Positions 9,859-20,858 are shown, counted from the first letter of the stretch. The stretch is 64,000 nt of DNA from an uncultured Pseudobutyrivibrio sp. (GCA_902775195.1 CACYLQ010000001.1:21253-85252), one strand, 5' to 3'. Translations and numbers: made by a program. Notes: generated from the sequence alone by a model not told the origin.

Positions 9859-11568
9859 ATGGAAGGATCGAAAAAGAACGGGATTAATCTGCATTCAATT
9901 TATGTAAAGATTCTAGTACTTGTTATCATTAGCGTTGTAGCTTTCTTTGCCCTGAATATGTTTTATATTATTCCACAGGCAAAATCAGCTGTTCAGAAGA
10001 TTAATGAGAACAATATGCAAGATCTTGCCACATTGTGCTCTGAGATTGTAGAGCAGGAGATTGCAGCCCGAGGGGTTGATGGCGTTGACTATGAAGTCTT
10101 AAAGCCTATTTTTGAAGGCAGAGGATTAAATGGTATCTCATCTAGTTATATCTATGTAACAGATGCTGATGGTCTCTTCCTATACCATAAAAAACCTGAA
10201 AAGGTAGGAACCCAGGCCACTAATAATGTAGTAAACGAATTACTTAAACAGATTCCATCCGGAAATTATGTTCAAGCAAAGATTTTTCATTATGTGGATG
10301 AAAATGGCGTAAAGAAATATGCAGCTTATCAGGTTATCAATTCCCAGGGATGGGTTACTGTTTGCGTAGCTGATGAAATTGAAATAATGGCAGAAATCAA
10401 CCAAATTAGGAATCTTGGTTTGCTATTTTCATGTATAGTTGGCGTAGCCATTTTACTGATAGGTATTGTTGCAGGTAATGGTATTACAAAGCCAATCAGA
10501 ATTATCACAGGTGTTATTGAAAACATAGGAAAGCTTGATTTCACAGCAAATGATGATCTTGAATCCATCGAACACAAGAAGGATGAAACAGGTGTTATGG
10601 CTAGAGCTGTTGATTCTATGGAACATAGCTTACGTGATATTGTAGAACGTATCGCCAGCACATCTGTAGATTTGGAGGGACATGCTCTTAGACTTAAGGA
10701 CATCACTCAGGAAATTGATTCAGCAAATGCTGATAACTCTGCAACATCTGAAGAGCTTGCAGCTAGCATGCAGGAAACAAGCGCTACTACAGATGTTATC
10801 AGTGAAAGAACAAATCTTATTAAAGAAAACGCTGATAGCATAGCAGAGGAAGCAAAGGCTGGCGCTAATAATGCTGTAGAAACAAAGAGAAAGGCTAATG
10901 AAGTTTACAAGGAGACAGTTGCAGCAAAAGAAAAGACTGAAAGAATGTATGAAGAGATTAACGAACAAGGTCAGGATGCTCTTGAAAAATCTAAGGCTGT
11001 TGAAAAGGTTAATACTCTTGCAACAACTATTCAGGATATTGCCAGCCAGACAAATCTTCTTGCGCTTAATGCTTCTATCGAGGCAGCCAGAGCAGGCGAG
11101 GCAGGTAAGGGCTTTGCAGTAGTTGCTACCGAAATCGGTGGACTTGCAACTCAATCAAGTGAGACAGTTGCTGATATTATGGAAATCGTTTCAGAGGTTC
11201 AGAATGCTGTTAACCTTATGAACGAATGTCTGACTAGAACTCTTAATTACATTGAGACAGATATTGCAAAGGATTATGATTCCTTCTTATCAATGGCTGA
11301 TAACTATAAGCTGGATGCTGAGAATTTCTCTGATTCCATGACTCAGATATCTAATAAGATTACTGATTTACAGGAATCAACAACTGCTATTTCTGAATCT
11401 GTCGAGCAGATTTCCAGAACAGTGGGAGAGGCAGCAGAGGCTGTTACTACAGTAGCAGAAAAGGCCACAGACGTGGCCAACCTTTCAGATGGAGTTGTAA
11501 AGGTAGTTAGTGAAACAGAAGAGAATTCTGATGAACTTAGGGACATTAAGGATTCATTTAAAATCTAA
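9859..11568 (+). CDS. Methyl-accepting chemotaxis protein (Cache sensor, HAMP)
   Basis: Two TM segments, HAMP (DETGVMA) and signalling core [30 protein letters not shown]. Confidence 0.93.
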   Translation: MEGSKKNGINLHSIYVKILVLVIISVVAFFALNMFYIIPQAKSAVQKINENNMQDLATLCSEIVEQEIAARGVDGVDYEVLKPIFEGRGLNGISSSYIYVTDADGLFLYHKKPEKVGTQATNNVVNELLKQIPSGNYVQAKIFHYVDENGVKKYAAYQVINSQGWVTVCVADEIEIMAEINQIRNLGLLFSCIVGVAILLIGIVAGNGITKPIRIITGVIENIGKLDFTANDDLESIEHKKDETGVMARAVDSMEHSLRDIVERIASTSVDLEGHALRLKDITQEIDSANADNSATSEELAASMQETSATTDVISERTNLIKENADSIAEEAKAGANNAVETKRKANEVYKETVAAKEKTERMYEEINEQGQDALEKSKAVEKVNTLATTIQDIASQTNLLALNASIEAARAGEAGKGFAVVATEIGGLATQSSETVADIMEIVSEVQNAVNLMNECLTRTLNYIETDIAKDYDSFLSMADNYKLDAENFSDSMTQISNKITDLQESTTAISESVEQISRTVGEAAEAVTTVAEKATDVANLSDGVVKVVSETEENSDELRDIKDSFKI

Positions 11569-11963
11569 TTAAATAAACCAAAGAAACGTTGTAGCAAGCT
11601 CTTTTTCCTTTTCTTAAAAGTGAATTTGAGCTTGCTATATTTTTCTAAAGGATCAGCCTTTTGCTCGATTTTTTCCAAAAAGATTCTAATCCAAACAACA
11701 TCTTCATCCTTCCCCTGAAAGTCGTCGAAGCTTACTTCGGCGTCGTCTAGGCTCAGGAATCTGGTTTTCATTTTTTCAAGGCGTGTAATAGTAGGCATCC
11801 ATTCTGGAAGTACATCCTTTACCTCATAGATTGCCAGCTTCATGCGTTTGATATATTCGTCTACCCCGTTTTCTTCCACATTAAGGTAGTTTGCCAAATA
11901 CTCATCAAAGTATTTGTATTCATCGTAGAAATTTTGATTTACAATTCTGTTATTTGACAACAT
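11565..11963 (-). CDS. Hypothetical protein
   Basis: 132-aa ORF with RBS AAGGAGGG, directly downstream of the GGDEF gene. Confidence 0.7.
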   Translation of the reverse strand: MLSNNRIVNQNFYDEYKYFDEYLANYLNVEENGVDEYIKRMKLAIYEVKDVLPEWMPTITRLEKMKTRFLSLDDAEVSFDDFQGKDEDVVWIRIFLEKIEQKADPLEKYSKLKFTFKKRKKSLLQRFFGLFN

Positions 11964-11983
11964 GGTGTTCGCCCTCCTTTGGG

Positions 11984-13429
11984 TTATCTACGTTTTTCAG
12001 GGTGAGCATCGTAGAATGCATTTTTATCTTCGTACATGTTTTCATCGGCATAGCGCATGGCCAGACGAAGATTACCTTGTGAATCATCATGATAGTGCCC
12101 TATAGCGAAGTTAAGCCAATCAGGGTCACAGGCCTTTGCTCGGACTGCAGCAAGCTTCTTAAGAAAATCATTTTCAGAATCATTTAAAGAAATAACTACG
12201 AATTCGTCGCCGCCGGCTCGATATATTTGGTCTTCAGGGAAAACCTCTTTTAGGACACTTGCTGCATCCTTAAGCAAGTCATCGCCAGAATTATGACCAC
12301 CATGGTCATTTATAGATTTAAGACCATTTAAGTCAAAGAACGCTACTGAAAATGGCTTAGGCTCAAGCTTAAGCTTTAGAGATAATTCATCTACATTTAC
12401 GTTCATGCAGTTACGATTGAATACTCCTGTTAGTATATCTACATTGCTAAGGTATTCAAGCTTCTCTAGGAAGGTATGGTTGGCCACCTCGGCAGTAAGA
12501 AAGAATGAGAGTAATTCTACAATCTCTTTTATTCTGGCTAAGTTGGAACCATCAAAATCTGTTAAATATAAATAACCTATTATTTCTCCGTGATGCACAA
12601 ATGGAGAAAGGCAAAGATTTTTAACATGTGCTTCCTTCATGGTTTTCACCCAGCTTGGGACGAGGGTTTCGTAATAATCCATATCGTTTTCATCTTTAAT
12701 GATGATATTGTTGGTGCCTTTAACAAGCTTTTCCCAGCTGGCAATTATTTCGTAAGGTAAGGTTTTAAAGTAGTCCTTTATGGAATGCACATTATTTTTG
12801 ACAGATTCACTTATAATTTGAAAGGTCTTTCTTTCAGAATCCACTGTTAAGATGCAGGCGTTAAGGGAATCTGTGTATTCTCTTAAATCTTTTATAACCA
12901 CATTCATGCTGGAATAAAATTCGTTTTCATTTCTAAGTTCCAGGCAGGCTTTTATTACATAGCTGGAAATATCTGGAGAAACAGCACTGAATTTTCCGGT
13001 ATCCATTTCCTTGTTAAGCTGATAGATGAAACAGCAATAGGCTATATTTTCTTCGTGCTCACAATCGCAAGGGATTAAAAAATCCTCAGTCCAATATCCG
13101 TACATACTTGTAGTATCTACGTAGGTGTGAATGAACTCCTTATTCCAGGCGCTTCTAAAACATATTTCCTCAAATTTAGGCTCTTTTGAAATAGTAAGAG
13201 TGTAAAGCTGTCCCTCTATGAATGAATCCAACTCATCTATGCTGGCTGGCTCTTTTCCTGATGTCTCAATGAATAGATCATAAAAGCTTCTTTTGAAGGC
13301 ATCATTTACGGCAAAAAAACGAATCTCGCCGCAGGTGCCGTCAGGCTTTCTTTCTACAGCAAGGGCCGTACAAGGAGAAGGAGCAAGATTTACAAATTGT
13401 TTTAAAAGGTTATATGTTGGTGTTTTCAT
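11984..13429 (-). CDS. Diguanylate cyclase (GAF-like + GGDEF)
   Basis: DILTGVFNR, DLNGLKSINDHGGH..GD, YRAGGDEF, ADENMYEDK. Confidence 0.9.
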   Translation of the reverse strand: MKTPTYNLLKQFVNLAPSPCTALAVERKPDGTCGEIRFFAVNDAFKRSFYDLFIETSGKEPASIDELDSFIEGQLYTLTISKEPKFEEICFRSAWNKEFIHTYVDTTSMYGYWTEDFLIPCDCEHEENIAYCCFIYQLNKEMDTGKFSAVSPDISSYVIKACLELRNENEFYSSMNVVIKDLREYTDSLNACILTVDSERKTFQIISESVKNNVHSIKDYFKTLPYEIIASWEKLVKGTNNIIIKDENDMDYYETLVPSWVKTMKEAHVKNLCLSPFVHHGEIIGYLYLTDFDGSNLARIKEIVELLSFFLTAEVANHTFLEKLEYLSNVDILTGVFNRNCMNVNVDELSLKLKLEPKPFSVAFFDLNGLKSINDHGGHNSGDDLLKDAASVLKEVFPEDQIYRAGGDEFVVISLNDSENDFLKKLAAVRAKACDPDWLNFAIGHYHDDSQGNLRLAMRYADENMYEDKNAFYDAHPEKRR

Positions 13430-13632
13430 GCCATCCTCACTTAATTACATAGTTACTTAAAGTATATTTTAGACAATAAATGTGGGTACTTTGTGAATTT
13501 TTTTAAAAATAAATATAGGTAAGGAATGCTAGATTTTGTAATTTATTTGTTTATTTTTACCTTAAGCATAAGTATAATAAGCCTATAGTTTTTATAGGTA
13601 AGAGACTCAATATCTAAAATAGGAGAAAAGTA

Positions 13633-14223
13633 ATGACTGATAGATTAAAAAGACAACTGGATTTTGCTCTTGAAATAGATAAAGAGAAAAATATATTTAG
13701 ACAGACACATATTTCAGGACATGGAAGAAATGAAAATGACGCAGAGCATGCCTGGCATATGGCTATAATGGCATATCTTTTAAGGGAATATTCCAACGAG
13801 CCTGTAGATATAGGAAAGGTTATGCTAATGTGCCTGATTCATGACATCGTGGAAATAGAAGCTGGCGATACCTACGCTTATGATGAAGAGGGAAAGAAGA
13901 CTCAGGCTTTAAGAGAAAAGGCTGCTAAAGAACATCTTTTTGGAATGCTTCCTAGTGATCAGGCCAGCGAGCTTATGGCTCTTTTTGAAGAGTTTGAAGC
14001 CTACGAGACTGCTGAATCAAAGTTTGCTCATTCCATGGATAATCTTCAGCCATTAATGCTTAATAACAGTAACGGCGGAGAGGATTGGAGACAACACGGT
14101 GTTTGTGCTACACAGGTTCACGGCAGACAGGACAAAACAGCTCTAGGTTCAAAAGAGCTTTTTAAGGTTGTTGATTCTATAATAGAAGCCAATGTTAAGG
14201 CGGGGAATATTAAAGACGAATAA
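13633..14223 (+). CDS. HD-domain hydrolase (YfbR/HDDC2-like)
   Basis: ENDAEHAWH, LIHDIVEIEAGD, EFEAYETAES, DNLQP. Confidence 0.85.
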   Translation: MTDRLKRQLDFALEIDKEKNIFRQTHISGHGRNENDAEHAWHMAIMAYLLREYSNEPVDIGKVMLMCLIHDIVEIEAGDTYAYDEEGKKTQALREKAAKEHLFGMLPSDQASELMALFEEFEAYETAESKFAHSMDNLQPLMLNNSNGGEDWRQHGVCATQVHGRQDKTALGSKELFKVVDSIIEANVKAGNIKDE

Positions 14224-14238
14224 GAGGTTTAAGTTTAT

Positions 14239-15306
14239 ATGAAAGCATTAATAGCGATGAGCGGTGGCGTAGATAGTAGTGTCGCTGCATTATTGATGAA
14301 GGAAAAGGGATATGAATGTGTAGGCTGCACTATGAAGCTGTACGCCAATGAGGATATCGGCGTGTGCAATGGTCACACCTGCTGTTCATTAGATGATGTA
14401 GAAGATGCCAAGGCAGTTGCAAGACGTCTTGAAATGCCACATCATACTTTTAATTTCCAAGAAAAATTCAGAGAGACAGTTATCGATAATTTTATAAATT
14501 GCTACGAATGTGGTATGACACCTAATCCATGTATCGAATGTAATAAGCACATGAAGTTTGACGAGCTTTATCGCAGAGCACAGATATTGGGTTGTGAGAA
14601 AATCGTAACAGGTCATTATGTCAGAATTCGTAAAGGCGATAATGGCTATCAGCTTTTAAAGGGACTAGATGCTAATAAGGATCAAAGCTACGTATTATAC
14701 AACATGACACAGGAAGAGCTAGCCCATACAGAGTTTCCACTGGGAGAGCTTTCAAAGGATGAGGTACGCCGTATAGCAGAAAGTCACGAATTTATCAATG
14801 CAAACAAGCCAGATAGTCAGGATATCTGTTTTGTGCCTGATGGAGATTATGTCTCAGCTCTTAAGAGATTTACAGGTAAGGAATATGAGCCTGGCGATTT
14901 TGTAGATATGGATGGAAATGTTCTAGGAAAGCACAAGGGCATAGTAGGCTATACCATAGGTCAGCGAAAGGGGCTTGGAATATCTGCAGCATATCCTTTA
15001 TATGTAGTAGCTTTAGACGTTCCAGGCAACAAGGTTATCCTTGGAAAGAATGAGGATTTATTCTCAAAGGATGTATTAGTTAAGAATATCAATTGGATTG
15101 ATCCAAATGATGATCGAGCAGAGTTTGATTGTAGTGCAAAGGTACGCTATAGAATGGCAGATCAGCCTTGCCATGTGGTCAGACTAGATAAAACTACAGC
15201 TCAGATAACATTTGTGGAACCACAGAGAGCCATAACACCAGGTCAGGCAGCGGTGTTCTACGATAATGATGTGGTGCTGGGCGGAGGCACCATTGTGGGC
15301 AAGTAG
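14239..15306 (+). CDS. mnmA: tRNA-specific 2-thiouridylase MnmA
   Basis: AMSGGVDSS, TPNPCIECN, TGHY, KDQSY, DSQDICF, YTIGQRKGL, TPGQAAVFY. Confidence 0.96.
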   Translation: MKALIAMSGGVDSSVAALLMKEKGYECVGCTMKLYANEDIGVCNGHTCCSLDDVEDAKAVARRLEMPHHTFNFQEKFRETVIDNFINCYECGMTPNPCIECNKHMKFDELYRRAQILGCEKIVTGHYVRIRKGDNGYQLLKGLDANKDQSYVLYNMTQEELAHTEFPLGELSKDEVRRIAESHEFINANKPDSQDICFVPDGDYVSALKRFTGKEYEPGDFVDMDGNVLGKHKGIVGYTIGQRKGLGISAAYPLYVVALDVPGNKVILGKNEDLFSKDVLVKNINWIDPNDDRAEFDCSAKVRYRMADQPCHVVRLDKTTAQITFVEPQRAITPGQAAVFYDNDVVLGGGTIVGK

Positions 15307-15346
15307 TATTAGTAGGCAACAGGTTTTTGCATGAAAGGGAGACAGG

Positions 15347-17776
15347 ATGACACGACAGGAGTTTAGACAGCTATTAGAAGAAAGAATTGTTTTTATTGAC
15401 GGTGCTACAGGAACTGAGCTTCAAAAGCGAGGACTTAAAGCAGGGGTTTGTCCAGAAAAATGGATTATTGATAATCCTTCTGCAATTCAGGATTTACAGA
15501 GATTATATTATGAGGCAGGCTCAGATATAGTACTTGCCCCAACCTTTACGGCATCTAGAATCAAGCTTGCTGAATATGGGCTTGAGGATAATCTAGTTGA
15601 GATGAACAGACAGCTTGTAAGACTCACAAGGGAAGTGGCAGGCGAAAAGGGACTTGTAGCTGCTGATATTTCCATGACAGGAAAGCAGCTGTTTCCTCTT
15701 GGAGATTTAATGTTTGAGGATTTGGTGGATTGCTATAAGGAACAGGTGGCTGCAATACTTGAAGAGGGTGTTGATTTATTCGTGGTAGAGACAATGATGA
15801 GCCTTCAGGAATGTAGAGCTGCAGTGCTTGCAATCAAAGAATCCTGTGACCTTCCTATTATTGTGTCACTTACCTTCAATCCTGATGGAAAAACACTATA
15901 CGGAACCGCACCTGATACAGCCATGATAGTTCTTGAATCTATGGGTGTAGATTGTGTGGGCATGAACTGCAGCACTGGTCCAGATGCTATGCTTGATTTG
16001 GTAAAGCAGATGGTTGCTGTTGCTAATATCCCTATTATGGTAAAGCCAAATGCAGGATTGCCAGAGCTTGAAAATGGCAAAACTGTCTATAAGATGGGAC
16101 CAGTTGAATTTACAGAAGCATGTCTTAAGCTTTATGAGGCAGGTGCATCACTTTTTGGTGGCTGCTGTGGTTCAACACCAGAGCATATTAAGGCTTTGGT
16201 ATCGGCTCTTAAGGACAAGCCTCAGCACGTATATAAGAATGATCCGCTTAGAGTGGTTACCTCTGAGAGAATGAATACATGGATTGATTTAGATGGGCCA
16301 TTTATGGTTATCGGCGAAAGAATTAATCCTACTGGAAAGAAGAAGTTCCAGGAATCCTTAAAGAACGGGTCACTTTCAATGGTAGTGGATTTTGCCAGAG
16401 AGCAGGAGGAAAAGGGTGCCAACATATTAGACGTAAACATGGGTATGAACGGTATCGACGAAAAACAGATGATGCTCGATAGCATTTATGAGGTTACATC
16501 AGCTGTTGATTTACCATTGTGTCTTGATACCAGCCATGTGGATGTTATGGAGGCAGCTCTTCGTATTTATCCAGGTAGAGCACTTATCAATTCCATCTCT
16601 GCGGAAGAAGCCAAGATGGAGGACATGCTTCGCCTGGCTAAAAAATACGGTGCTATGTTTATCACCCTTCCTTTATCAGGGGCAGGCCTACCTAAGGATA
16701 TTGAGGAGAAAAAGCAGCATATAAATACAGTCTTAACTGCGGCAGAACGTATTGGCCTTCGCAAGGAGGATGCTGTTGTTGATGTATTGGTTCAGACAGT
16801 AGGTGCAGAGGGCACAGCAGGCTTACAGTGCTTTGAAACTATTGAATATTGCAAGAACGAGCTTAAGCTTCCTACAGTGTGCGGCCTTTCAAACATTTCC
16901 TTTGGAATGCCTAACAGACCATTTGTTAATACAACATATCTTACTATTGCAGTTAGTATGGGTCTTACAATGGCTATTGCAAATCCTAATCAGGATATGC
17001 TTATGTATTGCGCAGCAGCTGCTGATACTTTGATGAATAAGCCTGGTGCATTGGAAAAATATGCATCACTTCCTGTACTAGAAAGCAGTGTTAGTACTGC
17101 CAGTAAAGGGGCAGGCAGCCCTCAGTCTAGTCAATCGGCCTACGGTGATTTAAGCCCAGTGGCAGAATGTGTAGTTAAGGGCAAAAAGGAGCAGATAATA
17201 TCTGAGATTCAAAAGCTTATTGATGAGGGCGTAGAGCCTCAGGCTATTATAGAAGAACATCTTATCAAGGGAATCAATGTGGTAGGAGATCTTTACGATA
17301 AAAAGAAATACTTCCTGCCTCAGCTAATTGCTGGTGCTAATGCGATGGAGCTTGGCATGAAGCATATCGAACCACTTCTTGCAAGCGAAGATTCCGATGC
17401 TAAGGCTACAATCGTTATCGCTACTGTTGAGGGCGATATACATGATATTGGGAAAAATCTGGTGGCACTTATGCTTAAAAACTATGGCTATAATGTAATA
17501 GATTTAGGCAAGGATGTGCCAGCGGATGCTATAATTGATAAAGCGGTAGAGGTGGATGCTGATATCATCGGCTTGTCCGCACTTATGACTACCACAATGA
17601 TGCGAATGGATGATGTGGTAAAGCTTGCCAAGGAAAAGGGCTGTAGAGCTCAGATTATTATTGGCGGGGCCTGCATCAACGAATCATTTAAGGACGAGAT
17701 TAATGCTGATGGTTATTCTGCAGATGCAGCAGACTGCGTTAAGCTTGTGGCTAATCTTATGAAGAAGTTTGGTTAG
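15347..17776 (+). CDS. metH: Cobalamin-dependent methionine synthase (Hcy, pterin, cap and B12 domains; no AdoMet reactivation domain)
   Basis: DGATGTELQ, GMNCSTGP, KPNAGLP, GGCCG, IGERINPTG, GLSNISFG, GDIHDIGKN, LSALMTTT. Confidence 0.92.
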   Translation: MTRQEFRQLLEERIVFIDGATGTELQKRGLKAGVCPEKWIIDNPSAIQDLQRLYYEAGSDIVLAPTFTASRIKLAEYGLEDNLVEMNRQLVRLTREVAGEKGLVAADISMTGKQLFPLGDLMFEDLVDCYKEQVAAILEEGVDLFVVETMMSLQECRAAVLAIKESCDLPIIVSLTFNPDGKTLYGTAPDTAMIVLESMGVDCVGMNCSTGPDAMLDLVKQMVAVANIPIMVKPNAGLPELENGKTVYKMGPVEFTEACLKLYEAGASLFGGCCGSTPEHIKALVSALKDKPQHVYKNDPLRVVTSERMNTWIDLDGPFMVIGERINPTGKKKFQESLKNGSLSMVVDFAREQEEKGANILDVNMGMNGIDEKQMMLDSIYEVTSAVDLPLCLDTSHVDVMEAALRIYPGRALINSISAEEAKMEDMLRLAKKYGAMFITLPLSGAGLPKDIEEKKQHINTVLTAAERIGLRKEDAVVDVLVQTVGAEGTAGLQCFETIEYCKNELKLPTVCGLSNISFGMPNRPFVNTTYLTIAVSMGLTMAIANPNQDMLMYCAAAADTLMNKPGALEKYASLPVLESSVSTASKGAGSPQSSQSAYGDLSPVAECVVKGKKEQIISEIQKLIDEGVEPQAIIEEHLIKGINVVGDLYDKKKYFLPQLIAGANAMELGMKHIEPLLASEDSDAKATIVIATVEGDIHDIGKNLVALMLKNYGYNVIDLGKDVPADAIIDKAVEVDADIIGLSALMTTTMMRMDDVVKLAKEKGCRAQIIIGGACINESFKDEINADGYSADAADCVKLVANLMKKFG

Positions 17777-17782
17777 GAGATT

Positions 17783-18826
17783 ATGGAAGAAAAGAAGCAT
17801 AAAAGAAGAGTACATTACTCTGGAAAATATCCGAAGAAGTTCGAAGAAAAATATAAGGAGCACAATCCTGAAAAGTATGCCGACACTATAGAGCATGTTA
17901 TTGCAAAGGGCTCTACTCCTGCAGGCATGCATATTTCTATTATGGTTAAGGAGATATTAGATTTCCTACAGATTAAACCAGGTCAGCAGGGTTTAGACTG
18001 TACCTTAGGTTACGGTGGACATACTAGAAAGATGTTAGAGCAGCTTAAGGGTGAAGGTATTATGTACGGCCTTGATGTGGATCCAATCGAATCAGCAAAG
18101 ACCGTAGAGCGTTTGCGTGGCGCTGGCTTTGGTGAGGATAATTTTCAGTTTAGACTTATTAATTTTGCAAACATTGATCAGGTTGCAGCAGAGGCTGGTA
18201 AGTTTGATTTTGTCCTGGCAGATTTAGGTGTATCATCTATGCAGATAGATAATCCAGAAAGAGGATTTTCTTACAAGATTGACGGGCCTTTAGATTTGCG
18301 CTTAGACCCTGAGCATGGTGAAAGTGCAGCAGAACGTCTTCACAATATCACCGAGGAAGAATTTGTCGGAATGATGGTAGAAAACTCTGATGAACCTTAT
18401 GCCGAGGAGATTGCTCACAAGGTATTTACTCTTATGTCAAAGGGCAATCCTATGGATACTACCACAGCTTTACGTGAGGCCATATCAGAGGCTTTATGGA
18501 AGGTACCAAAGGAGGAAAAGGAGCAGGCCATCAAAAAATCCTGCGCAAGAGTATTTCAGGCACTTCGTATAGACGTTAATAGTGAATTCGAGGTACTTTA
18601 TTCATTTTTGGAAAAGCTTCCTGGTATCTTAAATCCAGGTGGCAGAGTAGCAATACTTACATTCCATTCAGGGGAAGACAGACTGGTTAAAAAGTCATTT
18701 AAGGAACTGTCAAAGCTTGGAGTATATTCTGAGGTTTCTTCCGATGTAATTAGACCATCAGCAGAGGAATGCAGAATTAATCCTAGAAGTAAATCTACAA
18801 AAATGCGCTGGGCTATAAAGGCGTAA
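17783..18826 (+). CDS. rsmH: RsmH/MraW-family SAM methyltransferase (paralogue with basic N-terminal extension)
   Basis: DCTLGYGGH, DLGVSSMQ, RGFSY, LDLR, FQALRI.VN.E, FHSGEDR, NPRSKS. Confidence 0.85.
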   Translation: MEEKKHKRRVHYSGKYPKKFEEKYKEHNPEKYADTIEHVIAKGSTPAGMHISIMVKEILDFLQIKPGQQGLDCTLGYGGHTRKMLEQLKGEGIMYGLDVDPIESAKTVERLRGAGFGEDNFQFRLINFANIDQVAAEAGKFDFVLADLGVSSMQIDNPERGFSYKIDGPLDLRLDPEHGESAAERLHNITEEEFVGMMVENSDEPYAEEIAHKVFTLMSKGNPMDTTTALREAISEALWKVPKEEKEQAIKKSCARVFQALRIDVNSEFEVLYSFLEKLPGILNPGGRVAILTFHSGEDRLVKKSFKELSKLGVYSEVSSDVIRPSAEECRINPRSKSTKMRWAIKA

Positions 18827-18849
18827 AATATATTATTGGGGGAATAAAA

Positions 18850-20487
18850 ATGAACAAGATTTTTGTTAATCAGGTTGGGTTTTTACCTAATTCTGAAAAG
18901 AAGGCTGTGCTTAATTTTAATGCAGCAGATTTTCAAGTAATTGATGCAAATGGAGAATCAGTGCTTAAAGGGGAAGCTACTCACTTTGGCACTGATGAAA
19001 TCTCTGGTGAGGATACCTATATCGCTGATTTTAGTCAGATTAAAAATCAGGGTATGTACAAAATCCTTGCAGGAGATGTTTCCAGTGCATCTTTTTTTGT
19101 TGGAGAAAATGCATTTGATAAGCTTATGAAGGCTGTTTGCAAATGCTTTTATTATCTTCGTTGCGGTCATGGCTTGGACAAGAAGTACGCAGGAAAGTAT
19201 TATCATGAGCCTTGCCATGTTTCAAAGGCAACAGTTTACGGTGAGGATGTGCCTCCTGTAGATGTGTGCGGCGGCTGGCATGATGCTGGTGACTATGGCA
19301 GATATTCTACTGCAGGAGCTGTAGCTGTAGCACATTTATTATATGCTGTAAGATTCTTTCCAAAGCTTCTCGATGTGGAATTTGATATTCCAAAGGATGC
19401 TTGTGAGAAAGGGCTTTTGCCTGATATTTTGGCTGAAGTAAAAGTGGAATTGGATTTTCTTATGAAAATGCAAAGAGAGGATGGAAGTGTATGGCACAAG
19501 GTTACAACCTTTAGTCACGCTCCATTTATTATGCCTGAGGATGACAAAGAGGAATTGTTTTTGTTTAATGTATCATCTCTTGCAACAGCGGATATTGCCG
19601 CAGTATTTGCTTTGGCTAATACCGTATATTCAGCTTATGATAAGGAATATGCTAAATTGCTTCTTGAAAGGTCTTTGAAGGCTTATAAATGGCTTGAGGC
19701 TAATAGTGATGCAGTATTATTTAAAAATGCCGAAGGTTCAAATACAGGAGAGTATCCTGAGAATGAAGATAATTCTAATAGATTCTGGGCTGCTGCAGCT
19801 TTGTTTGAAGCGACAGGAGAAAAGAATTATTACCAGGATGCCCTAAAGCAGAAGCAGTTTATTGAAGCATACGATAAGGGGGATGCATTTAAGGAATACA
19901 CAGGAAATATATTTACTTGCTTTGGCTGGGCAGATGTTGCCGGACTTGGTGCACTTTCATTAATCTTAAAGGATGAAGAAAGTGAGCTTTATGAATTTGT
20001 AAAGCAAGCACTAATTGAGGAAGCTAACAGATTAGTAAGAAATGCATCAGAAAATGGCTTTGGCCTTTGCATGAAAAAGGAGAACTTCATCTGGGGTAGC
20101 AACATGGAACTACTTAAGTATCTGATGGTACTTACTGTAGCAAACAAGCTGGAGCCTAAGGCTGAATTCGTAAATACGTTAACAGCAGGACTTAATTATC
20201 TGCTGGGCTGCAATTCAATGGATGTAAGCTATGTTACAGGAAATGGTGAAAAGGCATTTAAAAATCCTCATCTTCGTCCAACCTTTGCAGCTAAATTAGA
20301 TGCATGGCCAGGCCTTGTTTCGGGTGGTCCAAACACAGGCTTACAGGATGAAAGAGCGCAGGAACTTCCAAAGGATACAGCACCAATGAAATGCTATATA
20401 GATCATGTGGATTGCTATTCATTAAATGAAATTACAATCTATTGGAATTCACCACTTGTATTTGTTTTAGCAGGTCTATTGAAGTAG
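18850..20487 (+). CDS. Glycoside hydrolase family 9 (Ig-like N-terminal domain; cellodextrinase/endoglucanase, no signal peptide)
   Basis: VNQVGF, GGWHDAGDYG, WGSN, PHLR, GGPN, YSLNEITIYWNSPL. Confidence 0.9.
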   Translation: MNKIFVNQVGFLPNSEKKAVLNFNAADFQVIDANGESVLKGEATHFGTDEISGEDTYIADFSQIKNQGMYKILAGDVSSASFFVGENAFDKLMKAVCKCFYYLRCGHGLDKKYAGKYYHEPCHVSKATVYGEDVPPVDVCGGWHDAGDYGRYSTAGAVAVAHLLYAVRFFPKLLDVEFDIPKDACEKGLLPDILAEVKVELDFLMKMQREDGSVWHKVTTFSHAPFIMPEDDKEELFLFNVSSLATADIAAVFALANTVYSAYDKEYAKLLLERSLKAYKWLEANSDAVLFKNAEGSNTGEYPENEDNSNRFWAAAALFEATGEKNYYQDALKQKQFIEAYDKGDAFKEYTGNIFTCFGWADVAGLGALSLILKDEESELYEFVKQALIEEANRLVRNASENGFGLCMKKENFIWGSNMELLKYLMVLTVANKLEPKAEFVNTLTAGLNYLLGCNSMDVSYVTGNGEKAFKNPHLRPTFAAKLDAWPGLVSGGPNTGLQDERAQELPKDTAPMKCYIDHVDCYSLNEITIYWNSPLVFVLAGLLK

Positions 20488-20497
20488 TTATTTGTTG

Positions 20498-20554
20498 CTT
20501 AGCCGTAGGGATTTATGTAGATAGGGCAGACTGTTTGTTAGCCCTACGGCTAAG
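20498..20554. repeat. 13-bp perfect inverted repeat with GTAG core (REP/REPIN-like or terminator)
   Basis: CTTAGCCGTAGGG (20498-20510) and CCCTACGGCTAAG (20542-20554), 31-nt spacer. Confidence 0.6.
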
Positions 20555-20611
20555 TGAAAAGTCAGCAAATTAATGCGCAAAAGAAAAATATTGCGAATAT
20601 TAATTTTTGAG

Positions 20612-20640
20612 TTGACATTCTTCCAATCCAATGCTATATT
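20612..20640 (+). promoter_or_regulatory. Sigma-A promoter of the tRNA pair
   Basis: TTGACA-N17-TATATT with extended -10 TG and an AT-rich upstream tract. Confidence 0.8.
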
Positions 20641-20682
20641 ATACGAGTCGCTTGAAGCGGTACACAAATCGCGAAAAGCTCT

Positions 20683-20755
20683 GGGATCTTAGCTCAGCTG
20701 GGAGAGCATCTGCCTTACAAGCAGGGGGTCACAGGTTCGAGCCCTGTAGGTCCCA
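20683..20755 (+). tRNA. tRNA-Val (TAC)
   Basis: GGGATCT/AGGTCCC acceptor stem, D arm AGCTCAGCTGGGAGAGC, anticodon loop CT-TAC-AA, T loop GGTTCGAGCCC; CCA not encoded. Confidence 0.96.
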
Positions 20756-20782
20756 TTTTAAAACTGAATATTTTCGACATAT

Positions 20783-20856
20783 GGCGAGATAGCTCAGTTG
20801 GCTAGAGCACGCGGTTCATACCCGCGGTGTCGAGGGTTCGAATCCCCCTCTCGCTA
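20783..20856 (+). tRNA. tRNA-Met (CAT), elongator type
   Basis: GGCGAGA/TCTCGCT acceptor stem, anticodon arm CGCGG-TT-CAT-AC-CCGCG, T loop GGTTCGAATCC. Lacks the initiator C1:A72 mismatch. Confidence 0.93.
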
Positions 20857-20858
20857 CG

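Noticed and set aside
15307-15346. SAM or cobalamin riboswitch ahead of metH
   Set aside because: The intergenic gap is only 40 bp with no riboswitch motif.
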